From: Candidatus Bathyarchaeia archaeon | Lineage (GTDB): Archaea; Thermoproteota; Bathyarchaeia; Bathyarchaeales; Bathycorpusculaceae | DNA length: 64,000 nucleotides | Assembly: GCA_050015395.1 (NCBI GenBank) | Contig: JBEKBM010000015.1 | Coordinates: 11,544-75,543 of the forward strand | Direction of reading: 5' to 3' | Shown here: positions 37,355-48,147 of the stretch, piece after piece | Position numbering within the stretch: position 1 is the first letter of the stretch | Layout of the letters: every line of letters begins with the position of its first letter | The notes under the pieces: generated by a model | What the model was told of the DNA's origin: nothing | What the model saw: the letters and a program-made list of their open reading frames with translations, nothing else | Database searches by the model: none | Program-made: the position numbers and the translations under genes

Positions 37355-38419
37355 TTGATATTAATGAACCAAACAGTTTTCGTCAATCACTCCTTGAGTG
37401 AGCACGCACATTTTTCAATCGATGTCTCAATAGTTATTGTAAACTATAATGGCGCTAAATTTCTAGAAAAACTGTTTAGTTCGTTATCTATTCAGACATT
37501 TTCTAACTTTGAAGTAATTTTTGTGGACAATCATTCCCAAGATAACAGTTTAGAAGTGTTAGAAAAAACATTGGCTGTCAAGTCTATTCAGAATTTGCGT
37601 ATTAAGATTTTCAAAAACAAAGAAAACTTGGGGTATTGCAGAGGAAACAACATTGGTTTGAGCAGCTCAGATGGAACATATGTGGTATTTTTAAATAATG
37701 ATACATATGTTTCCGAAACTTGGTTGGAAGAGCTTGTTAATGTAATGAATGCTGACTCAATGATTGGTGCTTGTCAGAGTAGGCTTATCCAGCCAGATAA
37801 TGGTTGTGTCCAAAATGATGGGCATGTCTTGGATTTTTTTGGTTGGTCTCAAAGTATAGTCGTTGAGTCAGCTGATGTAATGGTGTCCGATGCTCCGGTT
37901 TTTGTTTCTGGGGCTTCGTTCATTGCTAGGAAAAATGATTTGGTGAGGATCGGAGGTTTTGATGGGGAACTCTTTCTTGGGGATTATGATTTATGCTGGC
38001 GGCTTCGGCTTTTAGGATACAAAATGGCGGTTGCCTTGCGGTCAATCTGTTATCATTACGGCGGATCTACAATGGTTAATAGTACTTTGGCGTCTCAAAT
38101 CAAAACAGCCTACCATTACGAAAAAGAAAGGCCAAGAGTACTCTTGAAAGTATATTCAAAAGGGCACCTAATTAAGCGTGCACCTGTATTAGTTGCTTTA
38201 ATGAACCTAGAAACAATTTCAACATCACTCAAGTTTAAGAATCCATTGTTTATTTTGGGCTTTGCGAAAGCTTTGGGATGGAATTTAAAAGAAATTCAAA
38301 GCACCCTTTTAGCTCGCTTTAAAGTGCAAAGAAGCCGTTTAATAAATGACAGGGATATTGAGCGTAAAATGCCTCACTATATAATTTTACTAACAAGGCA
38401 GTTGGTAGTTAAAAAATAG
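37355..38419 (+). CDS. GT2 glycosyltransferase (WbbL/rhamnosyltransferase-like)
   Basis: VSIVIVNYNG, VDNHSQD, NLGYCRGNNIG, FLNNDT, DYDLCWR. Confidence 0.9.
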   Translation: MILMNQTVFVNHSLSEHAHFSIDVSIVIVNYNGAKFLEKLFSSLSIQTFSNFEVIFVDNHSQDNSLEVLEKTLAVKSIQNLRIKIFKNKENLGYCRGNNIGLSSSDGTYVVFLNNDTYVSETWLEELVNVMNADSMIGACQSRLIQPDNGCVQNDGHVLDFFGWSQSIVVESADVMVSDAPVFVSGASFIARKNDLVRIGGFDGELFLGDYDLCWRLRLLGYKMAVALRSICYHYGGSTMVNSTLASQIKTAYHYEKERPRVLLKVYSKGHLIKRAPVLVALMNLETISTSLKFKNPLFILGFAKALGWNLKEIQSTLLARFKVQRSRLINDRDIERKMPHYIILLTRQLVVKK

Positions 38420-38514
38420 GGCACCCTAAAATCGGAGGCACGTAGACTTGCATTTTAGATTGCAGGTACCGGCATAGGAATGAATATTTCATTCGGTGCA
38501 TGATATTATGGTAG

Positions 38515-39150
38515 GTGTGGCGTTTGCAAACCTTTAGCCGCAGACTTAGCCATAATCCACTTATGCAGTATAAACGTAAACGTGGTAATTCTAAAATCCT
38601 GATTCCATACGGTAGACACAGCTATGGGCCCCAACCAGAACTTTTAGGTACAATGCCTTGGCTTCTCAAGAAGGCGCGAGGTAGCCGCATTGGCAATTTT
38701 TGTTCAATAAGCCCTGGCTTGCGCTTTTCTTTCCTTGGAAAACACAACTATCAATGGTTACAACTTATCCATTTTATGAATTATATGAAAAATGGAAATT
38801 TGATGTTCCACCGTTGTGGCGTAAGGGTGCCCCTGACATGGCGAAAATCGAGCCGACGCCCATCATCGTAGAGAACGATGTATGGATGGCATCCAATGTC
38901 ACCATTAAAGAAGGCGTGCGAGTCGGTAATGGGGCAGTTGTTGCTATGGGTTCTCTTGTAACAAAGGATGTGCCTCCTTATGCTCTAGTCGGTGGCAACC
39001 CGGCGAAAGTGATAAAATTCCGCTTCAGCGAGAAGCAAATTGAAGAACTGCTTAAAATAGCGTAGTGAACTGGAGTGACGAGGAAATTGCGCCAAACGCT
39101 TCCTTTGCTCTTGCCAGATGATATAGACGCGTTTATCCGCGAAAAATAGA
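38515..39150 (+). pseudogene. CatB/Vat-type hexapeptide-repeat O-acetyltransferase, disrupted
   Basis: GRHSYG...IGNFCSISPG...HNYQW, frameshift at ~38757, then TTYPF...VENDVWMASNV...DVPPYALVGGNPAKVIKFRF...LLKIA. TAG stands in place of the usual WWNW and is followed by a further 1-bp loss. Confidence 0.85.
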
Positions 39151-39248
39151 TGAGGCTTCAACTTCGTCCACTTACTCTGCACTATTCGTGTTACTGTCTC
39201 CTCGACATTCCTTGTGCGAAGGCACTTTTAAATACTCAAACAAAAAAC

Positions 39249-39689
39249 ATGGAAAGAGAGTGGCAAACAGTGAAGATTGATCAATGCCGAATAATTAATT
39301 TTCCAAAAATTGCCGAAGCGAGAGGTAACTTATCTTTCATTGAAGGAAATAATCACATACCTTTTCCAATCAAGCGCGTTTACTACCTTTATGATGTTCC
39401 CAGCGGAGCAACCAGAGGCGGGCATGCCCACAAAACTCTGTCCCAGATTATAATCGCGTTAAGCGGAAGTTTTGATGTCTTGTTAGATGACGGGAAAGAG
39501 AAGAAACTGTTCTTCCTCAACAGACCCCATTACGGGTTGTATATTCCTCCAGGTGTATGGCGGGAGATGGAAAATTTTTCATCGAACTCGGTAGCTCTTG
39601 TGTTAGCCTCTGAACTTTACAACGAAGAGGACTACATAAGAGACTATAGCGTCTTTAGGAAAATGGTCGAGGAAAGTGAGTTAATATGA
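39249..39689 (+). CDS. fdtA: dTDP-4-keto-6-deoxyhexose 3,4-ketoisomerase (FdtA/QdtA-family cupin)
   Basis: RGNLSFIE, KRVYYLYDVP, RGGHAH, VLASELYNEEDYIRDY; start re-assigned to ATG 39249. Confidence 0.88.
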   Translation: MEREWQTVKIDQCRIINFPKIAEARGNLSFIEGNNHIPFPIKRVYYLYDVPSGATRGGHAHKTLSQIIIALSGSFDVLLDDGKEKKLFFLNRPHYGLYIPPGVWREMENFSSNSVALVLASELYNEEDYIRDYSVFRKMVEESELI

Positions 39690-39821
39690 AGAGGCGTTTT
39701 AAAGTTTTGATATGCATTTGCTAAATTTTGGCAAGCCCGTCAGCATTTATTAAGTATGTGCATCGCTTCTATGGTTTATCTGAAGTGCTGTGTGACATAT
39801 GATTATGAATAGGAAAGATAT

Positions 39822-40784
39822 ATGACGGAAATAAGGAAAGCGAAAACCTTCATAAAACGTGCAGCTGTAGAACATATTCAAGATAGTGTTACGCTTCATT
39901 GGCCTAGCTTGCATCGCTTGTTCTATAAGCGGCCTAGGGTGGTTTCGACTGAATTAACCAACGATTGTAATTTGAACTGCAACATGTGTTATAGGGGCAA
40001 ACGTAGGGCTGGTGTTGGATACATGGACTTTGACTTGTTCAAACGCGTTGTTGATGAAGCTGCCCAAATTGGGGATGTTACCTTAAGCCTATTTTTAGGT
40101 GGTGAACCTACGCTGCATCCACGATTTGATAAGTTAATTGAATATGCTATGAGTCATCGGAGGCGCCTTTATGAAGTGGGCTTTGACACCAATGGAATGT
40201 TAATGGACAAGCGAAAGAGCGAGTGTATAGTGAGGTCGGGCGTGGACTATGTGATTTTCAGCTTGGAAGGGATTGGTGGTTTAACTGAGAACATACGGTT
40301 AGGAAGCGTCTACGAGGTTGTTGAGCGAAACATTCTGAATCTACTTGACATTCGCGGAAATCATACGAAGCCCAGAGTTTCAACAAACACGACTATTTCA
40401 GTTCAGTCTGACAGTGAGTTGAAAGCAATTTATGATAGGTGGCATGGGAAACTTGACGCTGTTAGCTTCAACGCTTGTCTGGACGAAAATTTCAGAATCA
40501 TAAATTGGAGCACTTTGCACAGGTGGAATCCAAGGTATAAGTTGCCTCAATTCTGTACGATGCCGTTCTACCAGATACATGTGTTGTGGAATGGTGACGT
40601 AACCTATTGCTGTCATGATATTAACAGTGAAGGTATCGTAGGCAATGTGTACGATAATAGTCTGATAGACATTTGGCGTGGAGACAGACTTGCAGCTATC
40701 CGTCAAGGCATCTTGTGTGGTAAGAAGGTTGGGCTCTGTAGCAAGTGTATGAAGTTCAACAATGAAAATGAATTTGACAATTAG
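39822..40784 (+). CDS. Radical SAM protein with SPASM/twitch domain
   Basis: CNLNCNMC, GGEPTLHP, CTMPF...NGDVTYCC...GNV...CSKC. Confidence 0.92.
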   Translation: MTEIRKAKTFIKRAAVEHIQDSVTLHWPSLHRLFYKRPRVVSTELTNDCNLNCNMCYRGKRRAGVGYMDFDLFKRVVDEAAQIGDVTLSLFLGGEPTLHPRFDKLIEYAMSHRRRLYEVGFDTNGMLMDKRKSECIVRSGVDYVIFSLEGIGGLTENIRLGSVYEVVERNILNLLDIRGNHTKPRVSTNTTISVQSDSELKAIYDRWHGKLDAVSFNACLDENFRIINWSTLHRWNPRYKLPQFCTMPFYQIHVLWNGDVTYCCHDINSEGIVGNVYDNSLIDIWRGDRLAAIRQGILCGKKVGLCSKCMKFNNENEFDN

Positions 40785-40987
40785 TTTAACACGATTCTAT
40801 TGGCATTGTTAGAGATAGGCGGTACTTACACTTTGGGATGAGCGTCTTCTTTACTGTTCTGACAATGTTAAAGGCGGTTCTGTTAACTGTCGGCGCTTTT
40901 GGATTCAAGTTTTTTAATATAAGGCACTGAGTTTAGGTTAACCCTTAATCCATTTTTTTCACAACATAAAATGGTTAATATGGTTAG

Positions 40988-41482
40988 TTGTCTATGCCAA
41001 CTTTAAAGCAGTTATGGAATAAGCTTTGCTTTATCTTGCAAATTCCATTTGATACTTTAGCGAAAAGGCTATTTAGAGACTACTTCTTTAAGCATTATCA
41101 TGTTTATGGAGATCCAACTAGACTAAAAATTGCAAGCACAGCCGTGGTTAGCAATGCATCCTTTAACTTATCCTCTGGAACTATCTTCATAGAAGATTAT
41201 GTTTTTTTCGGTTCTAACGTCAGCGTAATAACTGGAATTCATGACATAAAAAAGATGGGACTAGAAAGGCAACTAGCGGTTCCCACGTCTGGCAGAGATA
41301 TAACTATAAAGAGAGGGGCTTGGATAGCAAGCAACGTCACCATCTTAGGACCATGCACGATAGGCGAGAACGCCGTAGTTGGAGCCTGTTGTCTAATACG
41401 TCATGATGTACCAGCAAATACAGTATGCTATGCAAAGGATACAATCATTTTGAAGCCTCTAAGCTTGCCACATACAAATTAA
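40988..41482 (+). CDS. Hexapeptide-repeat (LbH) acyltransferase
   Basis: IEDYVFFGSNVSVITGIH, IKRGAWIASNVTILGPCTIGENAVVGA. Confidence 0.9.
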   Translation: MSMPTLKQLWNKLCFILQIPFDTLAKRLFRDYFFKHYHVYGDPTRLKIASTAVVSNASFNLSSGTIFIEDYVFFGSNVSVITGIHDIKKMGLERQLAVPTSGRDITIKRGAWIASNVTILGPCTIGENAVVGACCLIRHDVPANTVCYAKDTIILKPLSLPHTN

Positions 41483-41621
41483 CGTGTGCTTTTTTAAGCA
41501 AACACTGCTGAACACATATATATTCCAGCTTGGTAGAACATCCGACGAAATTTCACATGAACCCAAATCCGACGAAGACTTCAAAGTACCGAAGGAAATT
41601 ATTTTAAAAGGGCGATAGGGT

Positions 41622-42596
41622 TTGAAAAAAAACCTTAGAGTTTTAATAACAGGTGCAGGTAGTACTACTGCTATTTCAGTTATGAAAGGGTTGAGAAAGC
41701 AACGCGAGTTTGAGGTTTTTATCGTAGGGACAGATACTAATGAACGAACCGACATAGCAGGGTCGAACTTTTGTGATAAATTTTACACTGTGGCTCAAGC
41801 AACAGCGGAAAAGAAGTACCTGAAAACTCTGGAAGATTTAATCAAATCGGAACTTATTGATTTGCTTATTCCAATTGTTGATAATGAACTTGAGGTAATC
41901 GCTCGGAATCGATATATCATTGAGCGAGCTACTTTTTTGCTTTTGTCTTCTTATGACACAATATCAACGTGCTATGATAAATTTAAAACCTATGAATTCT
42001 TTAATAATTCCAACATACCAACGGTGAAAACGATTTTGGTTGACCAAAATTGCGACATCGAAAGTCTTGTTCAAGATATAACTTTTCCAATAATCTTAAA
42101 ACCTAGAATGGGAGTGAGTAGCCGAGATGTGTATGAAATCAAGAACAAAGACGAACTTTTCCTTTTGAAACGAGTGAAAAATCCTATTATTCAGGAAATG
42201 GCTAAAGGGCAGGAATACACAATAGATATTTTTTACGATGGCAAGAAAATAATTTCAGCTGTTCCTAGAAAGAGGATAGAAACGAGAGCGGGAATTTCCT
42301 ATAAGGGACAAACTGAGAAAGATGAAACACTCATAAATTATGCCTGTCAGATAGCTGAGAAATTGAATATTAAAGGTCCAGCTAATATTCAATGCTTTAA
42401 AAATGGTGATGAGATACGGTTTATTGAGATAAACCCGCGTTTTTCAGGAAGTTTGCCTTTGACAATAGAAGCGGGAGTGAATATGCCTTTGTTCACGCTG
42501 AAAATGGCTGTGGGCGAGGAATTAGAACCTGTTGAAGATTTCAAAATAGTCAAAATGTGTCGATACTGGGAGGAGATATTTTATAGTGAATGTTAA
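41622..42596 (+). CDS. ATP-grasp protein (carbamoyl-phosphate-synthase-like)
   Basis: VLITGAGS, DKFKTY, PIILKPRMG, QEYTID, IEINPRFSG. Confidence 0.9.
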   Translation: MKKNLRVLITGAGSTTAISVMKGLRKQREFEVFIVGTDTNERTDIAGSNFCDKFYTVAQATAEKKYLKTLEDLIKSELIDLLIPIVDNELEVIARNRYIIERATFLLLSSYDTISTCYDKFKTYEFFNNSNIPTVKTILVDQNCDIESLVQDITFPIILKPRMGVSSRDVYEIKNKDELFLLKRVKNPIIQEMAKGQEYTIDIFYDGKKIISAVPRKRIETRAGISYKGQTEKDETLINYACQIAEKLNIKGPANIQCFKNGDEIRFIEINPRFSGSLPLTIEAGVNMPLFTLKMAVGEELEPVEDFKIVKMCRYWEEIFYSEC

Positions 42597-42796
42597 GGGA
42601 TTGAAAGTTCTTGTTACAGGTGGTGCAGGCTTTGTGCGGTTACAAAGTATCCCATAGGGAGGGAATATTCTTAAAGCCCTTACCTAACTTCATGATGATG
42701 AATCTAAATGAGAAAATAATAAGAGGGTTTTTTGAAATAAGTAAAGAACTGCCAGATTATTGTGCCCACATTTTTGCGGCTTGTGAACAAAAATGA
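42586..42796 (+). pseudogene. Stub of an NAD-dependent epimerase/dehydratase gene
   Basis: GTG 42586 reads MNVKGLKVLVTGGAGFV, then loses similarity and stops within a few codons. Confidence 0.6.
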
Positions 42797-43437
42797 AGCG
42801 GTCCATTTTTTTTGATCTTGATGGGACGTTAATTGATACTTCATATCGACATTACAGAGTATATAAAGACATTTTAGATTTTCTCAATGTGCCTTCTGGT
42901 CTTTCAAAGGAAGAGTTTTGGAGTCAAAAGAGACAGGGTAAGAAAACAGTAGATCTTCTTCCCATCAATTGTCCTAAAGAATTCGTTCAGGAATTTATGG
43001 CTGATTGGTTAAAAAGAGTAGAAAGCAGAGAATACTTAGAATGCGATAACCTTTTCCCAGAAACTCTGAATGTGCTGTCGCGGCTGAAAGAGAAATCTGA
43101 ACTAATACTTGTAACGTTAAGAAATAATAGAGAAAATCTTTTCAGGGAACTTAGCAGTTTTGGGTTAACTACATTCTTTAGCGAAATATTAGTTGGCTCG
43201 CCTTTGTTAAAAAATAAAGTGGTATTAATGGAAAAATATTTTAAAGCAAATTCTGGAAAAAATAACTGTATTATTGTGGGTGACTCTGAGGTGGACCTGT
43301 ATACTGGAAAGGAAATTGGAATTTTTACGGTAGCTGTCACTTACGGCATCAGGTCCAGGGAATTCTTAAGTGAGATAAAACCCAACGTTTGTATAGATCG
43401 CCTTTCAGAAATTTTTGAGATTTTACAAGGAGTTTGA
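42793..43437 (+). CDS. HAD-family hydrolase/phosphatase
   Basis: FFDLDGTLIDT, IVGDSEVD, VTYG. Confidence 0.92.
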   Translation: MKRSIFFDLDGTLIDTSYRHYRVYKDILDFLNVPSGLSKEEFWSQKRQGKKTVDLLPINCPKEFVQEFMADWLKRVESREYLECDNLFPETLNVLSRLKEKSELILVTLRNNRENLFRELSSFGLTTFFSEILVGSPLLKNKVVLMEKYFKANSGKNNCIIVGDSEVDLYTGKEIGIFTVAVTYGIRSREFLSEIKPNVCIDRLSEIFEILQGV

Positions 43438-43446
43438 TACTAATCC

Positions 43447-44541
43447 ATGATACCCTTTGTAGATTTGAAAAGCGAATATTCCGAAGTTGGTGAAGAAGTA
43501 TCACAATGTATTCAGAGAGTTTTGAAAAGTGGATTGTTTATTTTAGGAGATGAACTTGAAAAGTTCGAGATTGAGTTCTCAAAGTACATTGGAACGAAGT
43601 ATGGAATAGGCGTAAATTCGGGCTCTGATGCTCTTTTGATTGCTCTTAATGCACTTGGAGTTGGTAAAGGGGATGAGGTGATAACTGTAGCTCACACATT
43701 TATATCTACAGTTGATGCTATTACAAGAAATGGCGCGAAACCAGTATTCGTAGACATAGATCCTGAAACTTATACAATCGACGTTACACAGGTTAAAAGT
43801 AAAATTTCAAGCAAAACAAAAGCGATATTGCCTGTTCACTTATATGGGCATCCTGCTGATATGAAGCCACTTATGGATATTGCTGCGGAATACGGTTTAT
43901 TTGTAATAGAAGATGCCTGTCAAGCGCACGGCTCAGAGTATCAGAAAACTAAATTGGGCGCCATAGGGCATGTTGGTTGCTTCAGTTTTTACCCTACTAA
44001 AAATCTTGGCGCCTATGGCGATGCGGGTATAATAACTACAAATAATCAAGAACTAGCATACAAAATCAAGAAAACGAGAAACTATGGGCAATCTAAAAAA
44101 TACTACCATGACTTTATGGGTGTAAACAGTCGGCTTGATGAGATGCAGGCAGCAATACTTAGGACAAAACTGCGTTATCTTGACAATTGGAACGAGAAGA
44201 GACGAAAACTCGCTAAGCTCTATAGCGAGTTATTGAAAAATACGGCGGTTGTAACGCCAATAGAAAAAGAATACGCAAAACATGTGTACCATCTTTACGT
44301 GGTGAGACATAAAGAAAGAGATAAACTCCAACAATATCTGCTTAACCACGGAGTCCAAACTCTTATACACTATCCTATTCCGGTTCACCTGCAGGAAGCA
44401 TACAAAATTAATGACAAATTACCTGTCACAGAGAGAATCTGCAGTGAAATACTCTCCTTGCCCATGTTTCCTTGGCTAAGAGAAAGCGAAGTTGAGTATA
44501 TATCAGAAAACGTAAAGCAATACTTTCGCAGCAGTTACTAA
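43447..44541 (+). CDS. DegT/DnrJ/EryC1/StrS sugar aminotransferase (FdtB-like)
   Basis: [39 protein letters not shown]. Confidence 0.93.
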   Translation: MIPFVDLKSEYSEVGEEVSQCIQRVLKSGLFILGDELEKFEIEFSKYIGTKYGIGVNSGSDALLIALNALGVGKGDEVITVAHTFISTVDAITRNGAKPVFVDIDPETYTIDVTQVKSKISSKTKAILPVHLYGHPADMKPLMDIAAEYGLFVIEDACQAHGSEYQKTKLGAIGHVGCFSFYPTKNLGAYGDAGIITTNNQELAYKIKKTRNYGQSKKYYHDFMGVNSRLDEMQAAILRTKLRYLDNWNEKRRKLAKLYSELLKNTAVVTPIEKEYAKHVYHLYVVRHKERDKLQQYLLNHGVQTLIHYPIPVHLQEAYKINDKLPVTERICSEILSLPMFPWLRESEVEYISENVKQYFRSSY

Positions 44542-44561
44542 AGGTCTAATGGTGAAAGTTT

Positions 44562-45512
44562 TTGGTCTTAGTCAGCGTCCTTCTGCCATCTTACAACCAT
44601 GAAAAGTACATCTCCGAATCGATTGAAAGCGTTCTGAACCAAAGCTTCAAGGATTTTGAGTTAATAATAATTGACGATTTCTCCAAAGACAATTCAAGAG
44701 CCATAATTGAAACCTATCAAAGAAAAGACAAAAGAATTAAAGCCTTTTTCCACGAAAAAAACATGGGCATCGCGTCAACCCTGAACGATTTGCACTCGAA
44801 AGCATCGGGTAAATACGTTGCGTATGTTGCTTCTGACGATGTTTGGGATAAGCTGAAGCTTGAAAAGCAACTGGCAATATTGCAGAAGAATGATTCGTTT
44901 GTTGTTTGGTCTGAAGGTGAGATAATTAATGAAAATGGTTCTCCCACAGGCCAAACGTTTACTCAGATGCATTTGGCCTCTAACAGAAGAAAGAGCGGTA
45001 AAATTTTTGAAGAACTATTAAACGGAAATTATGTTTTTGGAACTAGTTTGATTTACCGAAGAGACTTTGCGCTTGACCTTCGGTATGATGAGAAGCTAAA
45101 ATACCTTAATGACTATGAATTTATGGTAAGCTTGGCAAAAGAGCATGAATTCTTTTTTATTCCTGAGTTCCTTGCAAAATATCGAATTCACGGTAAAAAT
45201 TCTATATTATATAACAATACTAAATGGAACCAAGAGCGAATTTTTATTTACAAGTATTTTCTAAGCAAGTACAGCAGAGAAATTACCAAAGAAACAAGAG
45301 CCGGCCTGAATTTTAACCTGTATAGATGTTATCACGACTCAAACGAGAAGATACTTGCCAATTTCTTTCTCCTTAAGGCACTAAAAAGTAGCTGGTTATT
45401 GTATGAAGTAAAATCTGCGTTAACCAAAGACAAAAACAGCATCAATAACCTTCGCTATTTCATGAGTGCTGAAATAAGAGGGACCCTGACAAGTCTTCGC
45501 TTTAGATTTTAG
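44562..45512 (+). CDS. GT2 glycosyltransferase
   Basis: VSVLLPSYNHEKYI, IDDFSKD, VASDD, KYRIHG. Confidence 0.92.
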   Translation: MVLVSVLLPSYNHEKYISESIESVLNQSFKDFELIIIDDFSKDNSRAIIETYQRKDKRIKAFFHEKNMGIASTLNDLHSKASGKYVAYVASDDVWDKLKLEKQLAILQKNDSFVVWSEGEIINENGSPTGQTFTQMHLASNRRKSGKIFEELLNGNYVFGTSLIYRRDFALDLRYDEKLKYLNDYEFMVSLAKEHEFFFIPEFLAKYRIHGKNSILYNNTKWNQERIFIYKYFLSKYSREITKETRAGLNFNLYRCYHDSNEKILANFFLLKALKSSWLLYEVKSALTKDKNSINNLRYFMSAEIRGTLTSLRFRF

Positions 45513-45666
45513 AACTTATGAATTAAATGCAATAGTTATTACCAAGAAGCTAACTTTTGACACAATATTATTTTTAATCATTCTTAATCGCAAAATTATT
45601 TAGCCTTGAATTGATTATCTTACGTTAACTGTAGGTGAGCTTGAATGTTACACAAAAGAGGTAACG

Positions 45667-46295
45667 ATGCTGAAAATTGTCTTTTTATCTACGGTATTTG
45701 CTTCTCGTAGCGGTGGCGCAGAAGTTGCAACCGAATTGCTCTTTAAACAGTTAAAGAACGCTGGGCATACAGTTTACATTATTTCAACAAGAAAACCAAC
45801 GAGTAATTTCGACGGCTTAATCACATTAGATCGTATAAGCACGCGCGAACCAGAGCTACCAAAACTCAAAAAACTCACCAATACGCTTGAACTTCAATCT
45901 TGCGTAACATTCCCAGGCTGGGTTAGCCAAGAGGAAATAATGCAGTTTTATGAGAATTCGGATGTTGTTCTAATACCTTCCATCTATCCAGAATCGTTCG
46001 GTAGGGGGTCGATTGAGACTATGAGTTTTGGTAAGCCTGTGGTTGCAAGTAATGTTTGGGGGATTCGTGAGGCTGTGGTTGATGGTGTTAATGGTTTTTT
46101 GGTTCCTCCGGGGATGCTGATGCGTTGGCTGAGGCGGTTTTGCGGCTTGTTAGGGATCGTTGTTTGCGGGAGCGTATGGGGCAAACTGGACGAGAAATTT
46201 TAGAGAAACGGTTTAATCGTAAACAAATTGTTAGTCAAACAGTCAAACTTTATGAAGAAGCAATACGCACTTGTGCCCAAAGATCGAAGTATTGA
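45667..46295 (+). pseudogene. GT4 paralog with large internal deletion and frameshift
   Basis: The N-terminus (GGAEVATELLF) jumps at ~45845 directly to PELPKLKK, missing about half the gene relative to 36122-37309. Frameshift at ~46108; the natural tail ends at TGA 46295. Confidence 0.88.
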
Positions 46296-46359
46296 TCTTA
46301 CCTAATATTGGTAATAAACAGCATTATTATGGATGCCTAATTTTAAAAGAGGGGGTTGT

Positions 46360-46520
46360 TTGAGAATAGCTATTGTATCGCCTTTAAGATTTACCAGCGT
46401 TTATGTTATCACAACAAAATTATTTCAAGCTTTAAAAAAAGAGAACTTTGATGGCGAAAACTATGAACATGAACGCTTTTAAACCGGATTTTTATATTTG
46501 CCATAGTATTACAACGAGTA
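46360..46520 (+). pseudogene. Possible N-terminal remnant of another glycosyltransferase
   Basis: GAGGGGG RBS, MRIAIVSPLRF..., then out-of-frame AFKPDFYICH. Confidence 0.35.
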
Positions 46521-46778
46521 AAGCCAATGGAACAGAGATGGAGAATTCGACCTTTTTGGGCATGTTACATCTGATTGAACGCTTTGCAAGTTAGCTTTAA
46601 ACACCGTGTAATAATTATAAGATGTCTGAGAAAAATTCCGAGAATTACTTATTATCCATGCGAGCGTGCTAAGGGTTCTGTGCGGAAACGTGGTTGAGGA
46701 GCTATTAATGTCGATATTTTAGAGGCAATTTTACCTCCTCAGAAAAAGACGAGAATAATGTATAAGGCGTGAAACTGG

Positions 46779-47990
46779 GTGAGAACAACATTGCAATCTG
46801 ACAAGGCTCTCATGGTGCACTTCATCAGCAACGCTTGTGAAGAAGGGAGGCTGGACACGCAGAGATTAAAACTTCTTTCGAAAGACGCGGGATTCACATG
46901 TACAAACAATGTTAGGCAGGCTGATTTCATCCTGTTCTACGCATGCGGGCACATCATCGCGTATGATGTTGACTCTGCACGAATTATCGAAAGGATAAAC
47001 AGGCTGAAAAAACCCTCAGCCAGACTCATAGTGTGGGGCTGTCTTCCCAAAATAAACCCTGGGGCCATCCAAGAAATTTATGACGGTCCCCTCGTCGGTC
47101 CAGAAGAGTGGGACTTCTTCGCCGACCTTTTCAATCAACCGAGGGGAAGAATTAACCAGGTTTTTGCCAACGACCTGTGCTCTTATGCAAACTCTCATTC
47201 AAAACTCACCAAGCCCCAACGAATAATCGACTTAATGCTTGAGAAGATCTACAGTTACATCGACTGGAGGTGGTACATAAAAATAGTGAGTGGGTGTAGG
47301 AACTGTTGCACCTACTGTAGTGATCGTCTTGCCTATAAATGGACAAGAAGCGTACCCGTCGAAACAATTCTCAGGCAGTTCGAACTTGGACTGAAAGCAA
47401 ATTGTAAGCATTTCTTTTTCATCGGAAGAGATCTTGGTTCTTACGGCTATGACATAGGCTTAACTCTGGCTGACCTACTGAACAAAATAGCAGAGACATA
47501 CCCAAACCAGACCTACAAAATATCAATATGTAGCGTGTCCCCAAATTCCTTAATCGACCTGTACCCCAAACTAGATCAAACATTATTATCCAAAAGGATA
47601 TTCGAGATCGGCAGCCACATTCAGGTGGGAAGCGAGAGAATACTGAAACTAATGGGCAAGACGTTTAAACTCGACGACTGGAAAAAAATCATACAAGACA
47701 TCGACAAAAACTACCCGAACATACGCGTAAACACAAGCATAATGCTGGGGTTCCCAGGAGAAACAGAAGAGGACTTCAAAAAAACAATAAATCTACTCAT
47801 CAACCTACTTTTCGACAGGATTGATGTGTACACATATTGTGAAAGACCGAATCTTCCATCATTGAAATTGAAAGACCGTGTGCCAGAGGCAATCAAAATG
47901 AGAAGAACGAAAAAAGCTCAAAACTTGGCGAGAGTTAACACCCTCAGGAAAAGGATTAAAAGAAATCGAATCCTACACTTGGGAACATGA
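46779..47990 (+). CDS. MiaB/RimO-like (methylthiotransferase-family) radical SAM protein lacking a TRAM domain
   Basis: N-terminal Cys triad (NAC, YACG, WGCL), GCRNCCTYC, DLGSYG, QVGSERILKLM, MLGFPGETEEDF; ends shortly after the barrel. Confidence 0.85.
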   Translation: MRTTLQSDKALMVHFISNACEEGRLDTQRLKLLSKDAGFTCTNNVRQADFILFYACGHIIAYDVDSARIIERINRLKKPSARLIVWGCLPKINPGAIQEIYDGPLVGPEEWDFFADLFNQPRGRINQVFANDLCSYANSHSKLTKPQRIIDLMLEKIYSYIDWRWYIKIVSGCRNCCTYCSDRLAYKWTRSVPVETILRQFELGLKANCKHFFFIGRDLGSYGYDIGLTLADLLNKIAETYPNQTYKISICSVSPNSLIDLYPKLDQTLLSKRIFEIGSHIQVGSERILKLMGKTFKLDDWKKIIQDIDKNYPNIRVNTSIMLGFPGETEEDFKKTINLLINLLFDRIDVYTYCERPNLPSLKLKDRVPEAIKMRRTKKAQNLARVNTLRKRIKRNRILHLGT

Positions 47991-48147
47991 TGAACCGTGC
48001 GCACGCGCTCATTATTGGGATTGACTGAATTCTGCTTTTTATTGCAGGGAATAACTCGCGCGCTAGTAATGTTATGCAAAAAAACACCGATATACAGACG
48101 GCATAAATGAATAGCGTTTTTTGCTATATTTGGGTTTGGTGAATTAT

